Of a DNA stretch of 30,705 bases, positions 9,831 to 17,443 are shown piece after piece; position 1 is the stretch's first letter; every line of letters begins with the position of its first letter. Position numbers and translations under genes: made by a program. The notes beneath the pieces were generated by a model, which saw only the letters and a list, made by a program, of their open reading frames with translations, did not search any database and had not been told where the DNA came from. The stretch is from a virus (Duplodnaviria > Caudoviricetes), in the IMG/VR virus record IMGVR_UViG_3300037246_000955, positions 1 through 30,705 of that record; one strand, 5' to 3'.

Positions 9831-10282
9831 TACTTGATCTTATCCAGTAAGCGATTCAGCGTTGCCGCCGCAATAATCGAAGCAGCCTCTGCGTCACTTT
9901 TGTTCACACCCATGAACGCTCGCACAGGTTGCCCCATTTCACCAAACTGATGCGTTCGAGCATACGGCACATCCGTCGAAATCTCACCCACCGTGTTTTT
10001 CTTTCTCGCGAACTGGATCGAATGAAACAACCGCCCAGTATCAAACAGCGTACCACCGCCCCGCCCTTCTTTCTCACGTCGGATAGCAGCAAACGAAGGT
10101 TTCCACGGCTTGCCGTCAGGATCGACCTGTTGCAGAAAGCGTTTGCGAATTCGGTCCAGCGTGGTCGCGCCAACCGCATCAGTGACCTCTTGCTGTGCAC
10201 GGCTTGGCTTGCCTGCAACATCCAGCTTTTTGAATAGCGAGGACAGGCCAGCAATAGTGACTTCAAATTCAACACCAGCCAT
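9830..10282 (-). CDS. Virion morphogenesis protein (Mu gpG / P2 gpS family)
   Basis: RFLQQVDPDGKPWKP...TLFDTGRLFHSI...VPYARTHQFG...PVRAFMG are the family signature motifs. Confidence 0.9.
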   Translation of the reverse strand: MAGVEFEVTIAGLSSLFKKLDVAGKPSRAQQEVTDAVGATTLDRIRKRFLQQVDPDGKPWKPSFAAIRREKEGRGGGTLFDTGRLFHSIQFARKKNTVGEISTDVPYARTHQFGEMGQPVRAFMGVNKSDAEAASIIAAATLNRLLDKIK

Positions 10283-10947
10283 TACGTCATCGGCTTCAGT
10301 GCGGAAGGCATGTACCGGATGTACCGACCAACCAATCCTTCAATCGAAATACAGCACCCCGTCGCATTCTTGTCTTTATCGTCGCAGGGCACCCCGGTAT
10401 CAAAAATCGCTTTGGCTAAAAGCTGCGCAGCTTCAGTCAGCCATTCAGGAGCATTAACATAGATAGAACCAAACGCATCAGCTGCTTCTGCAAACCCGGC
10501 GTCATAAGTAACTGAGAGGAAATATCGATTGCCCGACACGATCTGGAGCGTGCCACTGAGCGCCTGATCAGTGCCAGTAATCAACACCGTGCCCTTGTTC
10601 GAATCGAGCACAAGAAACGCCGTGTTGATTGCTGCCGCTGCCGCCAGATCACCCAGTTGGTCCGCATTCTTGACCACCAGAGCGGTGACCGCAGTCGTCA
10701 CAAAACCCTGACTCAAATAGAAACGCGGAAACTCTCCGACAAACGGGAACTCACCGATATCCACGTAAAACGTATCGATGATCGACGTATTCTCATCGAA
10801 CTCAGTCCGAATAAACGAAATCAGGTGAATGGTCGCCGCTTCGATTGATGCCTGACATTTCGCTGTAACAGCTTCGTCAAGACCGTCAACGTCACCTAAG
10901 CCTGCGCGAATCGCGAAGTCTTCAACTGATACAAACTTTGCGACCAT
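10282..10947 (-). CDS. Head-tail adaptor/connector protein
   Basis: IEAATIHLISFIRTEF...VTYDAGF...PEWLTEAA pattern of gp6/gp15-like adaptors; position after head genes. Confidence 0.7.
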   Translation of the reverse strand: MVAKFVSVEDFAIRAGLGDVDGLDEAVTAKCQASIEAATIHLISFIRTEFDENTSIIDTFYVDIGEFPFVGEFPRFYLSQGFVTTAVTALVVKNADQLGDLAAAAAINTAFLVLDSNKGTVLITGTDQALSGTLQIVSGNRYFLSVTYDAGFAEAADAFGSIYVNAPEWLTEAAQLLAKAIFDTGVPCDDKDKNATGCCISIEGLVGRYIRYMPSALKPMT

Positions 10948-10954
10948 GCTGCCC

Positions 10955-11350
10955 TCATACGGTTATGCTTTCTTCGTCGTCTCCGGCGTCATCTTCGCCG
11001 TCCCCAGAATCATCGTCGTCATCGACTGGCTCGCCGTCCGCATCCAACTTCGGAGCGTCGTCATCGTCTTCTGACGCTTCATCCTCTGCCGGGTCCGGTT
11101 TGGCGTCAGCATCTTCGACAGGGATAGGGATGCCACCCTTATCGACAGATTTCTTCGGCGCTAAATGAGCAGCAGCATCATCAGCAGCTTTGCGAAAATA
11201 GGGAACATTGCGTTCGTTGCTTTGCCTTAACAAGTGCCTCCCTGTCTTAGCGTCCACTTCGTAAACGACTTTATTGCCAGCCACATCAGTGTTGTTATAC
11301 ACCTTGCCTTGGCAAATATAAGTTCTCGATAAAACTAATTCAACTTTCAC
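10955..11350 (-). CDS. Hypothetical protein with long acidic tail
   Basis: 131 aa, GTG start with GAGGAG RBS; C-terminal third is D/E-rich. Confidence 0.75.
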   Translation of the reverse strand: MKVELVLSRTYICQGKVYNNTDVAGNKVVYEVDAKTGRHLLRQSNERNVPYFRKAADDAAAHLAPKKSVDKGGIPIPVEDADAKPDPAEDEASEDDDDAPKLDADGEPVDDDDDSGDGEDDAGDDEESITV

Positions 11351-11373
11351 AGCTATCTCCTCGATTAGCGCAA

Positions 11374-11391
11374 GGGGGGACTATGCCCCCC
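11374..11391 (-). terminator. G6/C6 hairpin, possible weak intrinsic terminator
   Basis: GGGGGG-ACTATG-CCCCCC just after the stop of 11406..12458; poor U-tract (TTGCGC). Confidence 0.4.
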
Positions 11392-11405
11392 ACTCACGCT
11401 GGATA

Positions 11406-12458
11406 CTAGCCGATGACAGCGACGTCCGCCACCTCTACCCGACCCTGAATACTAATCACGGCGGTGTCAACTTCGGCGAAAGGAACTAACCCAGAGTCAA
11501 CGATGGACACTACATTCAGAGTGCGATCAATCACAATCGTACCGTCGAATGCAACCTCCACATCGGTCGATCTGACGTAGCCAAACACCGACGCCGACTC
11601 CGGTTTGAAGTTACAGGGGACAAACAGTATGCCCGCTGCAACTTCTTCCGCTGTCGGAATGCGCACATCAACCATATTGACGTTGGCACTCGCCGACACA
11701 CCACCGTAGGTCAGCGCCGCTTCCCAATCGTTATTGCCCGCCGTAATTGCAACCGTCACAGCTCGGTCGCCACCAACCTTCGAGACCAGCATTCCGGTTA
11801 CGTCGTCAAGGTTAATGAACCGCCACTGACCCTGCTTCAACTGGGTCAGGTCATTTACGACACCGTTGTAATCAGCAGGGCCGCGCTCACTTGCGCCTTC
11901 GCCGTCTGCGCCTGCGCCGATTATCGCTGCCAAAGCAGCAAGGCCAATCGCCTGAGTTACCCCAATCATCGGCAGTGGGATCGTACCCGCCGTCAATGCA
12001 GTACCTTCCTGCACTTCGATAGCGTCGGTGCCAGTGACATGCGCAACAATGGTCGTGCCAGCAACACCGCGATAGAAACTTACGTCCCAATCGGTCGCGC
12101 TGTTCACCTTGATGTGCGTGACGATTGCGATCTCCAACGTGGTCGCCACGTACTCACCGACTACAAACGCATAGTCAGCCGGGTCAATTGCCAACTGGGT
12201 AATCTCTCGATCCACGTTATTCCAGAACGTCAGAATATCGACCGTCGAGTCGGTACTCAGATCAATGATTTCATAAATGTCATCATCGCCATCGGCAGCT
12301 AAGCCAACGGTAACAACCTCCCGGTCAACGAACACGCCGGTCGTCAGTAGCGTCGCCTGAGCAGGGGTGCCCAAACCAACAGCCTGACCGGCAACCATGT
12401 GTGCGGCACCTTTGTTCGTGTGCACATCGAGAAACTTGAAAGGATTTTTCGTAGGCAT
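11406..12458 (-). CDS. Putative virion structural/head decoration protein
   Basis: 350 aa, A/V/T/G/D-rich beta-type composition, immediately after major capsid, strong RBS TAGGAG. Confidence 0.55.
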   Translation of the reverse strand: MPTKNPFKFLDVHTNKGAAHMVAGQAVGLGTPAQATLLTTGVFVDREVVTVGLAADGDDDIYEIIDLSTDSTVDILTFWNNVDREITQLAIDPADYAFVVGEYVATTLEIAIVTHIKVNSATDWDVSFYRGVAGTTIVAHVTGTDAIEVQEGTALTAGTIPLPMIGVTQAIGLAALAAIIGAGADGEGASERGPADYNGVVNDLTQLKQGQWRFINLDDVTGMLVSKVGGDRAVTVAITAGNNDWEAALTYGGVSASANVNMVDVRIPTAEEVAAGILFVPCNFKPESASVFGYVRSTDVEVAFDGTIVIDRTLNVVSIVDSGLVPFAEVDTAVISIQGRVEVADVAVIG

Positions 12459-12514
12459 ATCGGTCTCCTATTACGCCCTAATCACTTGCCGAGCACCATG
12501 CTCAGCACATTTTT

Positions 12515-12532
12515 TGTCCAATTGATTGGACA
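12515..12532. promoter_or_regulatory. Palindrome copy 2, TGTCCAATTGATTGGACA
   Basis: 8-bp perfect arms with TG spacer, intergenic after the major capsid gene. Confidence 0.7.
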
Positions 12533-12594
12533 GGACTGAACCCTAAGCGCCCCGGACGACACTGCTGTCGCCCGAAGCATACTCAGGTTACTTC

Positions 12595-13539
12595 TTAGCC
12601 GAGGTTGATGTACTTGACTACGGCCTCTTCCTCTTCGAACTTGAAGTCCATCCGCATCGTCAAGACGATGATATACACCCGAGCACTGATGTCTTTGTCA
12701 GTCTCGATATGGATGTCCCTCTGGATGCCAAAGATCATGTTCAGCGGATTGAGCGTTAGCCCATTCGTAGCTGGCATGAGAGCTGCGGCATCAACCTGCA
12801 CGCCGAATCCGAACACGGGGGATGTGCCCTGAATCTGCGCGTCGCCCAGAGCCGTCTCGCGATTCGCCAGAGAATCCCGATAACCGATTTCGTTATCGAC
12901 ACTGACAAAGTGACGCATGGCCGGACGATTCCGCAGGTACTGATCAGGCATCGCCTGAAGGCCCTGCTTCCACGTGTCTTTGCTGATTTCGGCTCCCACC
13001 AAATCAACAACGTTCGAGGTGGACTGAATCAGCCAACCATCGAGCAGAGCGAGATACGGGTCGCCTGCGCCAGTGTCACCAAGCAGAGCAAGCTCTTCAA
13101 GGTCAAGCGCAGCACGCTCGGCAATGAGAGTCATGATCGTATCTCGGATTCCACCAGATGTCGGCGTACCACCGGTATCAGTAGCCTGACCGATATTACC
13201 GCGCTCGATCTGGTCTTCGATTACGTCGTAAGGCAGTCGCACTTCTGCGATTACTTCCTTCGTAATCAAAAGCACCTGCTCAGTTGTCGGCGAGGACCGA
13301 TCACCAACTGACAGCGCTGTATTGCTGACGGCGGGCTTCAAGATTCGACTTGCAAATTGAATCTTGTTGATCTGCCTCTGCGGACTCGACATCGTCACAA
13401 CGCGGGTCTGATTGAGGATCGTGGGCTGTACCAACAGCTTACGGATGAACTGGTTTGACTGTTCGTCGTTCAGTAGGCCACCTGTTGAAAGGTCGCCAAC
13501 CGCCCAGTCCGCTTTCTGCATTAAGTCTTTGTTGTCCAT
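12595..13539 (-). CDS. Major capsid protein (XkdG/P2-like, HK97 fold)
   Basis: GGLLNDEQSNQFIR...DVIEDQIE...ERAALDLEELALLGDT...AMPDQY...NMIFGIQRDIHIE...RMDFKFEEEEAVV. Confidence 0.92.
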   Translation of the reverse strand: MDNKDLMQKADWAVGDLSTGGLLNDEQSNQFIRKLLVQPTILNQTRVVTMSSPQRQINKIQFASRILKPAVSNTALSVGDRSSPTTEQVLLITKEVIAEVRLPYDVIEDQIERGNIGQATDTGGTPTSGGIRDTIMTLIAERAALDLEELALLGDTGAGDPYLALLDGWLIQSTSNVVDLVGAEISKDTWKQGLQAMPDQYLRNRPAMRHFVSVDNEIGYRDSLANRETALGDAQIQGTSPVFGFGVQVDAAALMPATNGLTLNPLNMIFGIQRDIHIETDKDISARVYIIVLTMRMDFKFEEEEAVVKYINLG

Positions 13540-13590
13540 TTCAACTCCAAATTTTCTGAAAGTGTTACTCGTTTGCGGACGGATCGAACG

Positions 13591-14910
13591 CTAAGCGGCG
13601 CTCTCTAAATCACCTGCAATCCGATCCAACGAAGTTCCGCCCCAGAGCTTTTCGTCTGAGGCTTCACCCTTAGAACGATGTGTGCCAAGGCTTTGGTCGA
13701 TGACCGTGTCACCACCATCGCTATTTGACGGAACAGTACCCTTAACAGCTTTCCGTGCTTTCTCTGCCACCTCAGCAGTCGCCTCGACCTTCTCAGCCAA
13801 TTTGTCCTGCTTCGTTTTCAGATCATCCACGGTCTTCCGTACTCCGCTTACAGCCTCCAGAACCGGAGCTAAAGCTGCTTTAACAACCGCAGCAATATCT
13901 GGTTCACTCTCCTCACTCTGCTCAGATGACGAATCGTCACCCGATGATTGATCGTCTTTACTTACCGTTTCCTGCGACGCCGCTTCTTCTTGGCCCGCGT
14001 CTTCTTGTCCAGATGCCGACTCTTCTCCACCGTCTCCGGCGTCGTCTCCAGCGCCTGCTTCAGAGTCGCCTGCGTCCCCGGCGTCTCCGGTGTCAGCGTC
14101 TCCGGCACCGTCGTCGGATTCAGAATCCGCATTATCCCCGGCATCTCCAGCGTCATCTTTACCAGCTTCGTCGTCCCCGGCATCACCTTCTCCAGAAGTA
14201 TCTTGCGAATCAGCAGCAGAATCGCCGTCCGGCGCAGGCGTCTCGTCGTAATCAGTCAACCCGAGCACGTCGATCTTGAATGCCACTTCTGGCAAATCGT
14301 CCACGAAATCGAGGATGTGCGACGTGTATGCCGTCAACAGCATCTCGATGCCGGAACGGGCAGAAGTCTGGTCGTCTGCGGTGCGCAGTACATTGCGCAT
14401 TGTCTCCATCATGACTTCAGTCGCGATGGACACACCGGGCAAGAATGCCCCTTGATTAAAATTCTCAGCGAAATCAGTCCCCTCGGGGAACGGATCGAAC
14501 TGTTTCTGAACCGCCTCGGAAGCGTTCAGGAATAGTCCACCCATCTCGTTGAGCTGAATGATGGTCACGTCGTCTTCGTCGTACTCGCATTGCCGCAGAA
14601 TCACGACACCGTCTTTTTCAACCCGGTCATCGATCTTCAAGCCCAATTCTTTGAGCTGAGGAGCAAAATGCGCTTCGTGCTTCTGTTGAACAACGACGCC
14701 CGCTAATACGCAGCCAGTGGGTTTGGATGCCTCACCGTCCTGCTTAAACAGAGTTTGCAAATTGAACATTACCCTACCCTCCTCGGGGTCGTCTGACTTC
14801 AATACTCGAAATGGAATTCGACTGGCAGGCCGGGTGACCAGACTGATGTAATTGACATCCGCGTCTTCCATTGCGTTTGCCTTCACCTTAATTCGTCTGG
14901 TTTTGCTCAT
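13591..14910 (-). CDS. Putative scaffolding protein carrying an N-terminal prohead-protease motif
   Basis: 439 aa; N-terminal DVNYISLVTRPASRIPFRVLKS; long D/G/A/S low-complexity linker with DAGD repeats; C-terminal coiled coil; directly upstream of capsid gene. Confidence 0.7.
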   Translation of the reverse strand: MSKTRRIKVKANAMEDADVNYISLVTRPASRIPFRVLKSDDPEEGRVMFNLQTLFKQDGEASKPTGCVLAGVVVQQKHEAHFAPQLKELGLKIDDRVEKDGVVILRQCEYDEDDVTIIQLNEMGGLFLNASEAVQKQFDPFPEGTDFAENFNQGAFLPGVSIATEVMMETMRNVLRTADDQTSARSGIEMLLTAYTSHILDFVDDLPEVAFKIDVLGLTDYDETPAPDGDSAADSQDTSGEGDAGDDEAGKDDAGDAGDNADSESDDGAGDADTGDAGDAGDSEAGAGDDAGDGGEESASGQEDAGQEEAASQETVSKDDQSSGDDSSSEQSEESEPDIAAVVKAALAPVLEAVSGVRKTVDDLKTKQDKLAEKVEATAEVAEKARKAVKGTVPSNSDGGDTVIDQSLGTHRSKGEASDEKLWGGTSLDRIAGDLESAA

Positions 14911-15503
14911 GCTGCCCTTTCGCTAATCACATTCACCTCTTCAGCAATGCTGTAGCGATGCGTGTGCCCGTTTGGTCCCGGCTCTGTAACTGTGCCCCTT
15001 ACGATCTTGTGACTGTGCCCAGCATTCGTCGCCGTACTCCCACCCAAAAAATTTCCTTCATCGTCAAACCGCACTGTAAAGCGGTGCGAGTGACCATCGG
15101 CTTCGACTGTAACACCGCCGAGAACTTCTGGCACCTCAATCTCGATGACTTTTTCTTTCATCTGTACAAGGGCTTCCATCGAGAAGCCGTTAATCTCGCC
15201 AGACTTGATTGCTTCCCACATAACTGGGTCCGGCACGTGCATGCCGATTACCCACGCTTCAGGGATGTAGATCGTATCGTCTTCCCGCGCAATAAACGAC
15301 TCCACAACATGCGAACCGTTGAGTTCGTGGCTGTGATTTGTGTCGCATTGATCGAGAACCTGCTTGGTCATAAACAGATGCGCCATCTTGCGAACTTCGA
15401 CCGGGGTCATAAATTCGCCGTGGACATCAGGGACGTTTGGCGCGTACACCTCGCCATAAACGATTTGCAGCTCGTCGTCCGTTTTGCGGATCAAGCACTC
15501 CAT
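14907..15503 (-). CDS. Prohead serine protease, XkdF-like, with C-terminal GHxH repeats
   Basis: LQIVYGEVYAPNVPDVHGEFM...CDTNH...VVESFIA...WEAIKSGEINGFSME; start likelier ATG 15503 than the track's 15590; C-terminal DGHSH/AGHSH/NGHTH. Confidence 0.88.
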   Translation of the reverse strand: MECLIRKTDDELQIVYGEVYAPNVPDVHGEFMTPVEVRKMAHLFMTKQVLDQCDTNHSHELNGSHVVESFIAREDDTIYIPEAWVIGMHVPDPVMWEAIKSGEINGFSMEALVQMKEKVIEIEVPEVLGGVTVEADGHSHRFTVRFDDEGNFLGGSTATNAGHSHKIVRGTVTEPGPNGHTHRYSIAEEVNVISERAA

Positions 15504-15547
15504 GACGGGATCGTAAGACCTCCGCCTGTGCTTTGCAAATAATTGGA

Positions 15548-15724
15548 CTAGGTTTCTTGGCTCAGCGTCTTGTCGAGGGCCTTGCGCCACTCAGTTGGAA
15601 TCGCCAAACCTTTCTCGATCATGCGTAGCACCGGCTCTGTATTCGCCAGAGTACCGTTCGGCAAAATCAGTACAACTTCGTTCTCTCGATGCGTATATCG
15701 ATCAAATCGTTTTAAGTCAGGCAT
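15548..15724 (-). CDS. 58-aa hypothetical protein, candidate immunity/regulator of the upstream ADP-ribosyltransferase
   Basis: Below the track cut-off. ATG abuts the TAG of the MuF-ART gene (TAGATG): MPDLKRFDRYTHRENEVVLILPNGTLANTEPVLRMIEKGLAIPTEWRKALDKTLSQET*. Confidence 0.65.
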   Translation of the reverse strand: MPDLKRFDRYTHRENEVVLILPNGTLANTEPVLRMIEKGLAIPTEWRKALDKTLSQET

Positions 15725-17443
15725 CTACACAACCTCCACTGTCAACAGTTTAACATCGCCAGCTCTGGGCACTTTTATTATTTCAACATTCATGACCCTA
15801 AACTTGGTATTCGGGGGCAGCAAGACTTCAAACTCTTGGGTATTATTCAACATCGGCAACACCCTGTCTCCTTTCTTAGCCGTGATCTTATACAGCACCC
15901 GGTCATCAGCAGCCGTGCCACGCAACCACTCTTTAGTGAATCGTTCGCTTAATGACGTTGACGTAAATGCTGAGTCAGACATCGTTGATCCAATAAGACT
16001 GTCTGCACTGGGCAACTTCAAATTACCCCCTCGCCATAGGATTGTATCGTGCTCCAGAACTGGCCACTTCGATACCGATCTCTTCAGAGTACGGATCGTT
16101 GCTGCCGTAGCTTCTGAGACATCAGCCGCCAAACCTCGCAACGCGCTATTGATCTTCCGATAATTTATCCCGACATACTGCCCCATAGCATCAATCGTAG
16201 TGGTACTGAATTTCCGCCAAGCTAAACGACCTTCCCCGAGCAAATCTAAGTGCATCAATTGCAAATTAGCGGTCTCGAATTCCAGACCATAGATACCCGG
16301 TTCACGTATCACGTTGCCAAATACTCTGCTGCCATTTTTGTTCAATTTAAGCGAACTGGCTATGTCTTCCAACATGCCACGAGTATTGGTCCCTGCACTT
16401 CTAGCAGCTGTGTATTCTTTCAGCTTTCCTCTTGCAGACAGTACAGTCTTACGAAAATCTCCCTGCTCAGTATGCTTCACAAGTAATTTAACGTGAGCAT
16501 TAAGCTGTGCCTGCAAATCTTTCTCAGACATTAGAGGCCCAAGCATATCTACACTGTCTCTCGGAACTGTAATCGACTGCACCGGCTCAACCTGTGTAAT
16601 CGACCCAGACCTTACCAGCACTCCCCGACAAAGCGGATGATACGGTGGCGTATCCCAGCCTTTGTCTTGAATCTGCGAACTCGACATCTGGCTAAGCTGC
16701 GACACGTTTTTCTTATTCTGGCTTGGCCACGGAGCCACTGACTTCATATCATCAGGGTTTGTTGTGGACATCCACGTTTCCAATTTCGTCCGAGCCTGAG
16801 CCACATTGAATTTGCGCCCGTGCATCGTGCGGCACACTGGGCATGTCCTACCATCAAGCTGTTCATTTATCTGAAAGCTGTCAATGCCACGCGCTGTCGC
16901 CTCAATCGTAAAACCCCAGCTGGCCAGCCGAGACGTATGCAGGCTTGAGCCGATATCGATGAAGCCCTTACCGTTCTTGCCAATGCTGCTAACAAACTGA
17001 CGGGGAAACGGTACTGGATCAGCTTTCTGAATCGCCGCCTCCTGCTGATCGACCTGTTCTTGCCCGAGCATCTCGATAGCCAAACGACACACCGACTGAG
17101 TGGCGTTCTCTTCCATCATAATAATCAGATTATTCGCTGCCAGCTTTATTTCTTCTGGCCTGCCCGAATCCATGAAGACGGATTTACGCGGGTCTCCGCT
17201 AAGCCTGCTCGCTCCAAAGAGAGCTGCCTGCATTCCGATAAATTCGACAAAGCGCCTATTCTCCTCAGCTGCCGCAGCCAAACTGAGTCCCTCACAGACA
17301 TCCACTGCTGCTGCAAAGTCACCTGAGTTGACCAGCTCAAGTATTTCTCGTGTCGTCGTCGCAGCGTCGCGTCTCCAGCTATTCAGTAAACGGTTGCTGA
17401 GCGACTTTTCAAGGACTAAGAAACTCTCAATGCTGACGGTCAT
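15725..17443 (-). CDS. MuF (SPP1 gp7-like) minor head protein fused to a VIP2-like mono-ADP-ribosyltransferase
   Basis: MuF motifs DGRTCPVCRTMHG and PPYHPLCR; ART motifs YRKINSALRG, LWRG (R), FTSTS (S-T-S), QEFEVLLPP (E-x-E). Start likelier ATG 17443 (MTVSIESFL). Confidence 0.9.
   Translation of the reverse strand: MTVSIESFLVLEKSLSNRLLNSWRRDAATTTREILELVNSGDFAAAVDVCEGLSLAAAAEENRRFVEFIGMQAALFGASRLSGDPRKSVFMDSGRPEEIKLAANNLIIMMEENATQSVCRLAIEMLGQEQVDQQEAAIQKADPVPFPRQFVSSIGKNGKGFIDIGSSLHTSRLASWGFTIEATARGIDSFQINEQLDGRTCPVCRTMHGRKFNVAQARTKLETWMSTTNPDDMKSVAPWPSQNKKNVSQLSQMSSSQIQDKGWDTPPYHPLCRGVLVRSGSITQVEPVQSITVPRDSVDMLGPLMSEKDLQAQLNAHVKLLVKHTEQGDFRKTVLSARGKLKEYTAARSAGTNTRGMLEDIASSLKLNKNGSRVFGNVIREPGIYGLEFETANLQLMHLDLLGEGRLAWRKFSTTTIDAMGQYVGINYRKINSALRGLAADVSEATAATIRTLKRSVSKWPVLEHDTILWRGGNLKLPSADSLIGSTMSDSAFTSTSLSERFTKEWLRGTAADDRVLYKITAKKGDRVLPMLNNTQEFEVLLPPNTKFRVMNVEIIKVPRAGDVKLLTVEVV

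Noticed and set aside
12459-12594. Small hairpins after the capsid gene (GAGCA/TGCTC, CGACA/TGTCG) as an ncRNA or terminator
   Set aside because: Stems are only about 5 bp with no U-tract on the coding strand; only the 18-bp palindrome here is well supported.
14907-15590. Track start at 15590 for the protease
   Set aside because: It would overlap the 58-aa ORF, and homology-like sequence begins at MECLIRK (ATG 15503).
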